A stretch of 64,000 nt of DNA from Octopus vulgaris. Taxonomy: Eukaryota. The DNA lies in assembly GCA_951406725.2 (NCBI GenBank), contig OX597816.1, positions 107,012,001 to 107,076,000 on the forward strand, read 5' to 3'. The notes under the pieces were generated by a model that had not been told where the DNA came from, did not search any database, and was given only the letters and a program-made list of their open reading frames with translations. Positions 25,525 through 39,214 of the stretch are shown piece after piece (position 1 is the stretch's first letter; every line of letters begins with the position of its first letter). Made by a program: the position numbers and the translations under genes.

Positions 25525-25790
25525 AATATTTCTCCCAACGTTCACTATTTTCCTCTTGTTCTGGTCTAATGAACCTTCATGTTTGTTTTTGTTCTGGTTC
25601 CTTGTATGTCTCCACTGTCCTGTTTTTGTTCCCAACTTTGACTCCATAAATCCTAAATTTTATTTTAGAATTTATGGGAGCAACTGTCTTTCAAGACTCA
25701 TATTGTCGTTTTTTCACTTGTTGTTTGTGTATTTAACTTGTTTGCTCATGTACTTCATGTTGTTTGCACAGTTAGGGACATCCTGTACCC
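25525..25790. repeat. Dispersed repeat inside (TA)n, related (inverted) to 57137-57580
   Basis: TTGTATGTCTCCACTGTCCTGTTTTTGTT and GAC(A/G)TCCTGTACCC are shared. Confidence 0.75.
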
Positions 25791-25902
25791 ATATATGCAT
25801 ATATATATATATATATAAATATATACACACACATATATACACATGCATATATTATATAAATATATATATATACACACACACACATATATATTATTTATTA
25901 TG

Positions 25903-25937
<35 letters not shown>

Positions 25938-26028
25938 TAAAAACGGTAAGATAACAAAAGAAAGAAAGAGATATCAATATGATGTAAATAGAGGAAATTT
26001 ATCTATAAAATAATATGTTACAATTAAA

Positions 26029-26299
26029 ATAATGATAATGAAATTATTGTATACAGTGCTCAGGTGCACCACAACTTGTCAGAAAGTGCATATAAAGTAC
26101 ATGCAGTAATGTAGAAATGTCTGGAAAGCGAACAATGTATGAGTCAGATACATGCTTGTGTGTGTATGGAGGGGTGGAAATCAAGTGTAGTGTTGGCGAA
26201 TCTCAGGAAGCATGGAAGTTTTGAAGGATGCAGTGCTCCGACAACTAACAACTGATGCCGGCAGTTTGTTCCATGCTTCAGCAACTCTCAGCGTGAAAA
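26029..26299 (-). mobile_element. CR1-type LINE 3' fragment inserted into a hammerhead-bearing repeat (25935-26395)
   Basis: Minus strand FFTLRVAEAWNKLPASVVSCRSTASFKTSMLPEIRQHYT*. Same family as 20745-21363. Confidence 0.85.
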
Positions 26300-26317
26300 A
26301 ATTACTCAATAGTCAAG

Positions 26318-26376
26318 ATAAAACTCTGAGTTTCAGATGCCGAAGTGGAAATCCACAACACCATCTCTTCGGTTAT
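26318..26376 (-). ncRNA. Degenerate minimal hammerhead-like motif
   Basis: AUAA CCGAAGA GAUG..GUGG-auuu-CCAC..CAUC U GAAA CUCAGAG U U UUAU. Confidence 0.45.
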
Positions 26377-26409
26377 ATTAAAAATTCTGTAACGTTCATA
26401 TATATATTC

Positions 26410-26445
<36 letters not shown>

Positions 26446-26695
26446 TGCTGATCATGATACACTTCCAACCATTGCGGTAACCTTCAAATGATACTACCCC
26501 ATTAGCTAGGCAGGCATGCCAACATTTCCCATTGAATGGAAAATCAATCTTTTACAGCTGGGTGGACTGAAACAATACGAAATGAATAATGCAATGCCAC
26601 CTACTCTGGGAGTTGAAACCATGATCTTGTGATCATAAGTGCAGCACCCTAGCTCCTAGGGTATGTGCCTTCACAGTATATGTATATGTATATAA

Positions 26696-26910
26696 GGCAG
26701 CAAGCTGGCAGAGACGTTAGCATGCTGGGCAAAATGCATAGAGGTATTTCGTTTGTCTTTATGTTCTGAGTTCAAATTCTGACAAGGTCAACTTTGCCTT
26801 TCTTCCTTTTGGGGTCGATAAATTAAGTACCTGTTGTGTACTGGGGTTGATCTAATCAACTGGCCCCACCTCCTCTAAAATTTTGGGCCTTGTGTCTAGA
26901 GTAGAAAAGA
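26696..26910 (+). mobile_element. SINE family B (tail 2), heavily CpG-decayed
   Basis: GGCAGCAAGCTGGCAGAGACGTTAGCATGCTGGGCAAAATG versus consensus GGCGGCGAGCTGGCAGAAACGTTAGCACGCCGGGCGAAATG. Confidence 0.85.
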
Positions 26911-26981
<71 letters not shown>

Positions 26982-27124
26982 GTGCTCTTCTTTCAATTCT
27001 GACTTTCTCTGGGAGCTTTTGATACTACCTGTACTTCTGTATATATGTATGTATGTTTGCATGTCTGCATGTATGCATGCATATGTATGTATATGTATAT
27101 GCATGTATGTGTTTGTGTGTGTAA

Positions 27125-27199
<75 letters not shown>

Positions 27200-27753
27200 T
27201 ATATACATTCATATGTATATATAAATACATACACACACACATACATATATACACGTCTCATATTATTCATCTATATTTTACCCCCTACCATATATCAGTA
27301 CACTCGTGTCAAAAATTAGTATAAGATACATTAGTTACTCATTGTGAAGCATCCTACAAACATCCATTAGCAGTTCAGGTTTTTACCTGATAACAGGCTA
27401 TCAAATTTATTTTATTTATAATCTGCTCTTAAGTGTAACCTTTTACCATACACTCAACGAATATACTTCCCTCAAATATCGTGATACAAACTTTTCCTTT
27501 AATTCCTTATCATTGTCTCCAATATTTGTTATTTTCATACAAGTATCTGTGTCCCCTGCTCACCTGCAATTTTAGTCAGTGATACAGCATTTTTGTATGT
27601 ATGTATGTGTGTGTGTGTGTGTGTGTGTGTGCGTGCGCGCGTGTGTATTGTAAGTATGTATGATATTTTTCCATGTATATATATATATATATGCCTGCAC
27701 TTATGTATGTATGTATCTATGTATATATGTATGTATTTATCTATTCATATATG

Positions 27754-27787
<34 letters not shown>

Positions 27788-28101
27788 TGCATGTATTTAT
27801 TTATTCATATATGTATATATGTATGCATGCATGCACTTATATATGTATGTATGTATGTATGTATATTTTATTTGAGACTATTTAAGTTATTCTTAATAGA
27901 TGTTGAGGCTGGTTGCTAACAAAAAATGACAAAAGTTTTTGAGTTAAGTGAGTTCCCTGTGTTTGTAAATATGTTGGTTGAGCTAGTAATGATGCACACA
28001 CACACAGACACACACACAGGTGTATGCATGGCCATTTATGTTCTGTATAAAAATGGCTCTTTAATGCATCAGCATTTGTGCATGTTTGTGTGTGAGTGTA
28101 A

Positions 28102-28135
<34 letters not shown>

Positions 28136-28579
28136 GTGCATCATTACTTTTTACACATGTGTCATTATAAGTGCACATAGCAAACTGTGTATATATTTAT
28201 TTAAGGAATCTCAGATGGAGAATGTCTTACAAATTTTTCACTTCGCTGATAGTAGACAGGATTTGGAAGATGCATGTCTATTTCTTTTGCTCTTTCTTAG
28301 AAAAAAACTTATTTTTAGGTTTTTGTGCAAATCCAAAGTTACATTGCCAAATGCACCAATGATGATATGGAGAAATGAAAAGTTATAGTCAAGCTACAAG
28401 GGTAGTAAGTTTAATATTAGTTTACCATAAATGTTCTCTTTTCCCTGGTATTTTGATGGTATGTTCACACCCATTGGGCAGCTGACCTCTACAATAATGC
28501 ATGACTTTTATTCTCTGTCCCAGAGAATAATATCAGCCCTGCTGTGTTTTTGCACCAGGTTGCTGTTTTTATCAGAATA

Positions 28580-28738
28580 TCATCATCATCATTTAACGTC
28601 TGCTTTCCATGCTAGCATGAGTTGGACGATTTGACTGAGGACTGGTGAACTAGGTGGCTGCGGCAGGCTCCAATCTGATCTGGCAGAGTTTCTACAGCTG
28701 GATGCCCTTCCTAATGCCAACCACTCCGAGAGTGCTTT
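28580..28738 (-). mobile_element. Family C retroposon 3' fragment
   Basis: Inverted homologue of 18870-19020. Confidence 0.8.
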
Positions 28739-28744
28739 TAAAGT

Positions 28745-29100
28745 TATAATTACATTCCAGTTCTGTTATGTCTTTTATGTATCCATCAGGGCAATCCTTC
28801 CCGTGGATAGCATTGTGAATAGTTTTTGCAAGTATATCATGTCTTTAGGGTAGTTAATATCTTGTAGACATTTTAGGGAAACTGCTGATAATGTGGTACA
28901 ACATAACCAACATTTTCTAATACAGCATGGAAGTTTAGCGTCATCTTTATCGCTCTGTTTTGTTTTTCTCCAAGCTTCTGTTTAAGTAGGTCTGTCCAGC
29001 CTCTTCTGGGTTGCATGACATGATTGTACTTTCAGAGTACCTTCCCATACATTGGAGATGTTGTCGCTATCACTTTTGAGTACATGTGTAACGTACTCTT
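28745..29100 (-). mobile_element. Decayed RLE-type (R4-like) LINE C-terminal fragment
   Basis: HIISSFPKMSTRY*LP*RHDILAKTIHNAI, a CCHC/RHD motif remnant. Confidence 0.6.
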
Positions 29101-29798
29101 TTCTTTCTCTACTGTTCAGCAGGTGCTACCTGTGTAATACAATGCAACATTCAAAAAATCTATTTGGCCTGACCTTATGTCTCTGCCACTATCTCTTTGA
29201 TCCTATCAGCTGGAACCCTCGTCGTAATACAAGACTAGATACTGCAACAGCTTGGGTTTCAATGGTCCGCAGCTCTTCAATATCTTCTTTAAAATCCCAA
29301 GGATCTGCATGGGGTGGATGTAGGTGTCTCCAAGACAAAAGTGGATCTCTCGTCAAGAGTTCCGGATGAATCTAACTCACGGCAGGAAACGCAAATGAAG
29401 TCAGCTACATCAAACTCCCTTATTCACCAAATGTTACATATCAGAGGAGGTCTCAAGCTTTGAAAGTGTGGCAACACTAATGGTGGTGCTCCAGCATGGC
29501 TGCAGCTCTCGAGTTGGAACTATTAAAAGAATCTCCTCTTCATTCCGCGATCACATGCACGAAAAATTGGGGTGAAGAGTTTGTCGTGTGAACGATATTA
29601 TGCAGGATAGACGTTAGAAGAGACCAATCTAAGGGAGAAAACTCTGATGGGCTTAAAGGGGTGTGATCTTGCACAGAAGTTAGTATCCGAGAAAATGATT
29701 ATTTTTCATAGAAGGTGTCATAAAATTTTATGTATATAGGAGAGCGAGCGAGGCAGGGAGGGATATATATATATATATAGAGATAGATGGATAGATAT

Positions 29799-29872
<74 letters not shown>

Positions 29873-29894
29873 TGTGTATGTATTTAAGTGTGTA

Positions 29895-30110
29895 TCTGTG
29901 TTTGTCTCTCCCCACCGACCATCGCTTGGCAACCGATATTGCTGTGTTCATGTCTCCGTAACTTAGCAGTTCGGCAAAAGAGAATGATGGAATAAGTACT
30001 AGGCATACAAAGAATAAATCTGAGGGCCGATCTCTTCAACTAAAACCCGTTAAGGCGGTGCTCCAGTATGGCCTCAGTCAAATGACTGAAGCAAGTATAA
30101 GAATAAAAGA
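29895..30110 (+). mobile_element. SINE family A 3' half
   Basis: Collinear from the internal microsatellite to the tail. Confidence 0.8.
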
Positions 30111-30153
<43 letters not shown>

Positions 30154-30618
30154 ATGTATTTTCCTGTTGAAGACGACTTATAAGTGTTTGGCTTTTTGCC
30201 GAACGACCTGCACAAGTGATTTGTTCATAGTGATCGAATGTATGTGTTGTACATTAGTTCACTCCTTTCATCAAATCGACGTTGACGAGTGTTGTAAATG
30301 TTACCAAATTACACACACGCTTGTTCGTTGGTCAGAGCACCGTGTGGTAAAACACCCGAAACTCATAATCTATCATCAGACAAGCTATTCAATTTGCCTT
30401 CGGGTTGGTTCAGGTACGTGAAGTTGATAAGCCACAAAAGTGCCAGAACATCGATGTTTTAATACTTTCAGATGTTTTAATACCTGGTCCTTTGAGAGAG
30501 TCATCTCCTCCGTGTGAAATTGCAGCCGATCAGCGAATAAACAAATCACATACAGTGTATATGCGCGTTCGATAATGTTTACTTACACACACACACACAG
30601 ACACAGACACAGACACAG

Positions 30619-30650
<32 letters not shown>

Positions 30651-30652
30651 AA

Positions 30653-30686
<34 letters not shown>

Positions 30687-30972
30687 ACACTCGCACGCAC
30701 GCACACACACATAAGTATGTATGCATATATGTGTGTGCGTTTATGTATATGTATGTATGTGTGTGCGCGCGCGTACATATGTATGTATATGTATACATTT
30801 ATCAATGTAAAAACAGTAATAACACAATTCAAGAAGCTCTACATTCCGAACAAAGCCATTATTTCACTATCATATGAAAAGCCCATGTCCTATTCCCGTG
30901 GAGGAGACCGTGGGTTCCATAAACTGTTGTGAACGTATTCTATATGAAACCGGAATAACTCTGGACAGAAGT

Positions 30973-32161
30973 GGGATCTTTTCATTTCCAAGGCCTTTTT
31001 TGTCAGATTTTTCTAGTTAACTAAATAATTTGAAACTTCGTATACTGGTAGAGTGTCTCAAAAGAAAACACTAATTTCAACTTGTTTATTTGAGAAAAAT
31101 GTATTTTATAACTTTAAGGGTAGATTAAATCTGCGAATTTTAACCAATCGTATTGTTTGTTTTCATTTGAAATAATTAACTGCATTATCTTAGTGTGACG
31201 TAGAAAGCTATTTTGTGACGTAGACAGCTGTGCGTAGGTCTGCGTTTTGTGTGCGTGTGTGTGTGTTTGATGGGGTGTGGGAGACATAAAGTATGTTGTG
31301 TAAGTGAAGTACTTCTGTTAGTGTGTGTGAAGAGACAGAGAGAGTAATGTGTGAAAGAGAGAGATAACTGAAATTTTTTACTCGGTGTATGTGTATATGT
31401 ATGTATGCATGTATGTGTGTGTGTATGTATGTGTGTGTGTGTATGTATGTATGGCCGATTCAGTGTTTACATTATTTCGAGTTAAAACGAAAGATTACCA
31501 AAAAAAATGTTGTCTATATCTTCGATCACTGTCATTATTCCATTGAGTCAACCTCATTATTTTCTACATAGCAAAGGTAATCTTTCGTTTTAACTCGAAA
31601 TAATGTAAACACTGAATCGGCCATACATACATACACACACATACACACACATACGAAAGATTGCCAAAGATAAAAAGTTACAGAAATAAAAGTTACACGA
31701 ATAAAGTAAGGAATAAAAATCACAAAAAATATACGAAAATTTACAAAAACTAAGTTAGTTATATAATATATAAGTTTAATATATAAGTTAGTTAATAATA
31801 TATTAAAAAAATGTGAATAGAAACTGAAGGAATACGGTAACCGGGTGTTTACATTTCACGTATGTTAAATACGTCAGCAAAATAGCCGTTTACGTCTATT
31901 GAGACGGAGTAAATAATATGAAGCCGAAAGGCCGAATACCATTGGTTAAAATTCTAATTATTAAACAACGTTAAACTTTGAAATTACAATTCCGTTTTCA
32001 TTCTGGTTTACAATTATGTTTTCTTTTGACACATTCTACCAGTATACGAAGTTTCAAATTGTTTGGTTAAGTAGGAAAAATCTGAAAAAACAGGCCTTGG
32101 AAATGAAAAGATCCCAGAAGGATAAATCTGAAAAAACAGGCCTTGGAAATGAAAAGATCCC
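30973..32161. mobile_element. Non-autonomous DNA transposon with long (>95 bp) TIRs, GGG..CCC ends and a 6-bp TSD
   Basis: GGGATCTTTTCATTTCCAAGGCCT.. is mirrored at the right end. AGAAGT at 30967-30972 and 32162-32167. Confidence 0.85.
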
Positions 32162-32305
32162 AGAAGTGATATCTGGATAAATAACCTTTTTCTTGGTTGC
32201 AGTACGAGAAAATAATCTCCGACAATTATGCAATATAACCAATTAACATTCTGCCGTAAAATTTCTCTCTCTCTCTCTCTTTCTGTCTGTCTGTCTGTCT
32301 GTCTG

Positions 32306-32348
<43 letters not shown>

Positions 32349-32449
32349 TCCTCTCCTTCACATACATACACAGAAGGAAGAAATGAAGAAAGGGACATGG
32401 ACTCTGTAAGCTACAACAATGACGGAGGGAAGAAACTCCAAATAAAAAA

Positions 32450-33000
32450 GGCGGCGAACTGGCAGAAACGTTAGCACGCCGGGCGAAATGCTTAGCGGTA
32501 TTTTCGTCTGCCGTTACATTCTGAGTTCAATTCCGCCGAGGTCGACTTTGCCTTTCATCCTTTCGGGGTCGATAAATTAAGTACCAGTTTCGCACTGGGG
32601 TCGATATAATCGACTTAATCCGTTTGTCTGTCCTTGTTTGTCCCTTCTATGTTTAGCCCCTTGTGGGTAGTAAGGAAATAAGAAATTGGAAGAAACCCGC
32701 AGATTGAAGCAAATAAACGATAAAGGAAACGTTCAAATGACAGACTTCATTCATTTACGGCCCAGAAAATCTAGATTCCTCGACTCGAGTCTTTTTTAAG
32801 TCCCAAACATTCTTTAAATATTTACGTACCACAAAGCGATGAACTGGCAGAATCGTTAGCACGCCGGTCTAAAATGCTTAGCGGCATTTCGTCCGTCTTT
32901 ACGTTCTGAGTTCAAATTTCGCCATGGTCGACTTTACTTTTCTCCTTTACAGGGGAAAAATAAAATAAGTACCAGTTGAGCACTGGGGTCGATGTCATCG
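32450..33000 (+). mobile_element. Two SINE family B copies (32450-32680 intact tail 1; 32836-33000 older, truncated)
   Basis: Family head and core in both. Confidence 0.85.
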
Positions 33001-33608
33001 AACTTACTTTTCTATTTTCGGGTCACGAGTCATGAACGTATTTCTTTCTTCATTATAACATCTACACTTACTAATTCTGCAAACATATTTTCGTAAACTA
33101 AAATGCTTAACACACTTAATTCTATCCTACTTTGCCTTCAAATTTCAACGAGGGATCCCCTGTATAGTTATTTGCCATACTACAAATAACAGCCAAATCC
33201 CCTTCTTCCTTATCACACTCTTACTGCCTTTAAAAAAATATAGGACACAATAGATAGTGTAATCTGAAGTAAATCGCTTGGAGGGAGAGGCAGAATAAAA
33301 GGTAGCGAGTGTGGTATACATTTCATCATAAGTGTACTTAATCAATGTTAACTTACGGTTAAATAAAATATGGCAATCTGTGGTGGAGAGATAAGGTTGG
33401 GTGAAGAGAAGTCTAAGGTTATTTACAGAAAAGAGGATTATTTCCTAATGTCAAGAGGTATTATCGCAGTTGTTGATACTCATAGCAAGCACATAATGTT
33501 GACACAAACACTCGTGAAGCTTGAGGTCGAAACTGATTTTAAGTAATACACACGCGCGTGCGCACACACATGCAAAACATGTATGTATATATGTATGTAT
33601 GTATGTAC

Positions 33609-34739
<1,131 letters not shown>

Positions 34740-34747
34740 CATACATA

Positions 34748-35533
34748 TATCAAATCATCCCATAAGTTCTGTCCGAATTTTGAATAAAAAAAAAAAGTGA
34801 TCAAATGTTATATTTAATTGAAATTTACTCATCAATGTACTTTCCCTGATTATCTATGACTTCCTTCCATCTATTTACAAGCTTTTTAATCCCATCAATA
34901 TAAAATTCTTTTGGTTCCAAAGCGAAGAACTCTGAAATGTCAGTTTCGACCTCCTCCTGGCTTGCGAAAGTTATGTCCCCCAAATGATTCTGTAAACTAC
35001 GAAAGAAATGGTAGTCTGAAGTAGCAAGGTCGGGAGAATAAGGTGGGTGAGGATTTCTTTCCCAACCATGCTTTTCGATCTTCTGTGATGTGATCTTTGC
35101 AGTGTGGGGTCGCGCATTGTCCTAATGAAACATCACTCCTTTTCGATTTACTAAAGCGGGTCTTCTTCCTTCAAAGCTTGGTTCAAACGCTCTAATTGCT
35201 GACAGTAGACTTGGGCATTGATTGTTGCATTAGGTGGTAACAATTCGAAGTGAATTATTCCTTTGCAATCCCACCAGATAGAGAGAAGAACCTTTTTCCC
35301 ATGAAGTACCCTTCTCGGTTGTGGTTGAGCTTTTTCCCTTTTACCAAGCCACTGTTTACGACGTTTAACATTTCGATAGAAGATCCATTTTTCGTTACCA
35401 GTCACAAGTCTATCCAAAAAGGGTGAAATGAGTCCGTGAGAACGGAGAGAAGAGCAGATGTCAACTCGACATTTACGGTTGCATTCGGACAATTCATGAG
35501 GCACCATTTTCCAAGTTTAGGAACCTTTCCAAG
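34748..35533 (-). mobile_element. Mariner (SETMAR/cecropia-like) 3' two-thirds with TIR
   Basis: VPHELS..LDRLVTGNEKWIFY..KKVLLSIWWD..DNARPH..HPPYSPDLATSDYHFFRSLQN..GKYIDE*. Confidence 0.9.
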
Positions 35534-35604
<71 letters not shown>

Positions 35605-35676
35605 AAAATGTGTTGTTGAAAATGCACCTAAATTTCAAAAACTCGTAAATGTTTAAAATACATTTATTTACATATA

Positions 35677-35719
35677 TACCAAACTGGTTTCAACAATATT
35701 TTTTTGTTTATCAACGGTA
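35677..35719 (-). ncRNA. Degenerate minimal hammerhead-like motif, U3-A8 core variant, downstream of a Penelope endonuclease fragment
   Basis: UACCG UUGAUAA ACAA-aaaaaua-UUGU U GAAA CCAG U U UGGUA, followed by AATAAA. Confidence 0.45.
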
Positions 35720-36362
35720 AAAGTTTAAAATTAGAAAAATATCTTTAAAAGTTTCAATGTTGACAAATTAAAATGTTTCAATGTTGATAAACTAACATGT
35801 TCAAAACAGAAGCTGTAAGTTTGAGTGTTCATAGCAGTCAATAAAATTAAACCTGTATATCAATTTGTTTGAATGTACAAAGTTCATTAATTTTAGTCAT
35901 ACTGGAAAAAAACAAGTGTGAAATGAAAGTTGTAGTGGTATGTTTTGGGATCATATGAATTTATTTTTTCTCCGCGAGCAGATCTGATTTTTGATTAGTT
36001 AAAATACTGGTGACGTTTTTTTTTTCCCCCGTGGTCAAGTTTGTCGTTCTGCTTGGTTGGTTTCCTTGTGGAGACGGTCAAAAGTCGTTCCGGTTGGTTG
36101 GTTCTCTTGTTCTGAATTTCGGTTTTGATTGGTCTGGAGTTAGGTGACGACATCCAGTGGTGTTTGTAGAATTTCATTGGACTGGAGGTGGGTGACGTCA
36201 GCAACTGGTATTTGTATAGTGATTTGGAGTTGCAGTTTCGGAACCCCGGTGGAAAATTGTTACTAAAGTTAAAAAAAAAAAAAATTTTGTTGTTCCTGGT
36301 TGTTTTTTTTTTGTGTTGAAATTGAATCTTTTTCCTTTTCTTTTTACTGCTTTTTCTTCTTT

Positions 36363-36510
36363 CTAAAGGATATTCAGCTGTGATTTATATTTTTTAATCA
36401 GTATGTTTTCCTTATTTAAATGGAATTGGGTTGAAGTGTTTCCAGTGCATTGATGGAGAAGGAAGATTTGGTATTTAGGTTTTATGTGTACGGTGCATTG
36501 GTCTAGGTGC
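36363..36510 (-). mobile_element. Penelope-like GIY-YIG C-terminal fragment
   Basis: HLDQCTVHIKPKYQIFLLHQC..NKENILIKKYKSQLNIL*, homologous to 16337-16490. Confidence 0.8.
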
Positions 36511-37445
36511 AAATGGAGGAAGAGGACTGATAAGTGTGGAAGACTGCGTGCGTATCAAACTCGAGAGCTTAATGAGATACCTAGCCTAAAGTAAGGAATC
36601 CTTGCTAGTGACAGTTAGGAACGAGTGAGTTTTGAAAATAGAGAAAAAAAAAGGTACAACAAAAGAAGTACAAAAAGGACATGAAGAAGAATTACGCAAG
36701 AATGGACTACACAATCAATTCCATATTGCCACAACAGAAGTTGCTGGAAAAAATATATGGGATTGGCTGATGAAAGGTACACTGAAAAAAGAAACCGAGA
36801 GCACTATACTGGCAGTGCAAGACCGAGCTTTGGCCTCGAACAGGACGGTCAACATTAGGAATGAGCAAGTGTCTCCGCTGTGCCGCATCTGCAATAGAAT
36901 GGATGAAACCATTGCTCATATCACGAACGAGTGCCCTAGACTTGCCCAAAACCACTACAAGTTGTGACGACATGACGAAGTAGTGAAAGTGCTACATTGG
37001 AAACTGTGAAAAGTAGGGGCTAGAGAGAGGCAAGACGTGGTATGAGAGGAAACTGCAGAGAGTGGCAGAGAAAGAGACTAGCAAAATACTGTGTGATTTC
37101 CCAATCCAAACATATCAGGTGCTAGAGCATAGCAGACCGGGCCTACTGGTGGTGGACAAAAGTCGAGGTTAGCTTGGGAAGTTAAGCAGTTGTGGTCGAT
37201 GAAAAAGGTAGCAGTAGTACCAATAATTGTCGGAGCCCTGGGAAGAGTGAGTAAAAATCTCGAGAAGTACGTGGAACGAATAGGGGTTGCAATAAGGGTG
37301 GAGCACTTGCAGAAAACAGCACTGCTTGGAACCGCTCGAATACTCCGGAAGGTGCTCGAAAAATATGAGGTGTTACCTTAGTTCACTGGTAGTGAACAGC
37401 TGACACTGCAGTGCATCTCCAGCGTTAGAAGCTGTGCAGAGACAA
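36510..37445 (+). mobile_element. Older R4/Dong-type (RLE) LINE 3' fragment
   Basis: GGRGL..LKKETESTILAVQD..CRICNRMDETIAHITNEC..RHD..VPIIVGALG..LQKTALLGTARILR. Contains stops and ends in (ATG)n(ATA)n. Confidence 0.85.
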
Positions 37446-37479
37446 TGATGATGATGATGATGATGATGATAATAATAAT

Positions 37480-37858
37480 GATAGGCACAAGGCCTGACAT
37501 TTTTGGGGAAGGGACTTGTTGATTACATCGACCCCAGTGTTTCATTGGTACTTAATTTATCGACCCCCAAAAGGATGAAAGGCAAAGTTGACCTCGGCGA
37601 AATTGAACTCAGAACTTAAGTATGGGCGAAATACCGCTAAGCATTTCGTCCAGCGTGCTAACGATTCTTCCAGGTCGCCGCCTTTATGATGATAATAATC
37701 CTTTCTACTATAGGCACAAGGCTTGAAATTTTTGGGGAGGGGTTAAGTCGATTACATCGACCCCAGTACTCAACTGGTATTTATTTTCTCGACTTCGAAA
37801 GGAACAAAGGCAAAGTCGACCTCGGCAGAATTTGAACTCGGAACGTAGCGACAGACGA
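37480..37858 (-). mobile_element. Two SINE family B (tail 2) copies
   Basis: 37480-37683 and 37698-37858. Confidence 0.85.
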
Positions 37859-37861
37859 ATG

Positions 37862-37930
<69 letters not shown>

Positions 37931-37933
<3 letters not shown>

Positions 37934-38700
37934 TGTGATGAAAAATGCCGATTCTGCAACGACATGATTGAAACAGTGGACCACCTAATCTCTGGATGTA
38001 AAGTCTTAGCACCAGTGGAGTATAAATTAAGACATGACAGAGTTGGCCAATATCTACACTGGCTAATAAGTCGGCATTACGATATCAAAACTGCCGACAA
38101 GTGGTATAATCACCACCCTGAGGCTGTAACTGAAGGAGAAAATGTAACCATTCTGTGGGACTTTCCAGTACATACAGACCGAAACATCAAGGCCAATAAA
38201 CCAGATATTGTTGTGAAAGATCAAAACAATAAAGTTTGCTTATTGATCGACATGAGCATCCCCTGTGATCATAATATCTCAGCGAAAGAGTTTGACAAGC
38301 TCAGAAAATATAAAGACCTACTCATTGAAATTGAGAAAATGTGGCATCTCAAGGTGGTTACAATACCAGTGATCGTAGGAGCACTAGGAATGATCAAGAA
38401 GGGAACCGAAAATTATATGAGAATGATCCCTGGCTAACAATCCCTGCAAGTAGTGCAAAAGATTGTCTTAACTGGTACATCACACGTATTGAGAAGAGCA
38501 TTGTCGATGTGAGAACTGTTGCTGCTCATGTATTTTAATTTAACTTAAAAAAATTTTTTTAAATAATAAAAATGTTTAAATGAACGAACTATTGAGTTTG
38601 GTTTAATGGCCTACCAATGTATACTATGAATTTCTTTGCCCTAGGAGTCGGGAAGACACTCGGCAAGAAATGGAAGCATATTTGAAAGAAAAAAAAAGTA
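37931..38700 (+). mobile_element. 5'-truncated R4/Dong-type LINE copy 1, in (TAA)n
   Basis: CRFC..H..C, RHD and KPDIV motifs. Near-identical to 40162-40931. Premature stop at 38435. Confidence 0.95.
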
Positions 38701-38723
38701 ATAATAATAATAATAATAATAAT

Positions 38724-39094
38724 ACTTTCTACTATAGGCCACAAGACCTGAAATTTGAGAAGAGAGGACTAGTCGATTACATCGACCCCAGTATTTCACT
38801 GCTACTTAGTTTATCGACCCCTCGGCGGAATTTGAACTCAGAACATAGCGACAGGTGAAATATCTATTTCTTTACTACCCACAAGGGGCTAGACACAGAG
38901 AGTACAAACAAGGACAGACAAACGGATTAAGTCGATTATATCGACCCCAGTGCGTAACTGGTACTTATTTAATCGATCCCGAAAGGATGAAAGGCAAAGT
39001 CGACCTCGGCGGAATTTGAACTCAGAACGTAGCGGCAAACGAAATACCGCTGAGCATTTCGCCCGGCGTGCTAACGTCTCTGCCAGCTCACCGC
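38724..39094 (-). mobile_element. SINE family B dimer (tail 1 + tail 2)
   Basis: Junction at about 38864. Confidence 0.85.
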
Positions 39095-39099
39095 TTTAA

Positions 39100-39168
<69 letters not shown>

Positions 39169-39214
39169 TAATAATAATAATAATAAAAATCATAATAATA
39201 ATAATGATAATAAT

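Noticed and set aside
28200-28405. Possible exons in the CpG-poor domain
   Set aside because: All three frames close before the candidate donor and no product is recognisable.
30160-30365. Further hammerhead-like remnants (also at ~34320, ~59660, 60075-60135 and 60875-60920)
   Set aside because: Core nucleotides or stems are too degenerate to call from a single copy.
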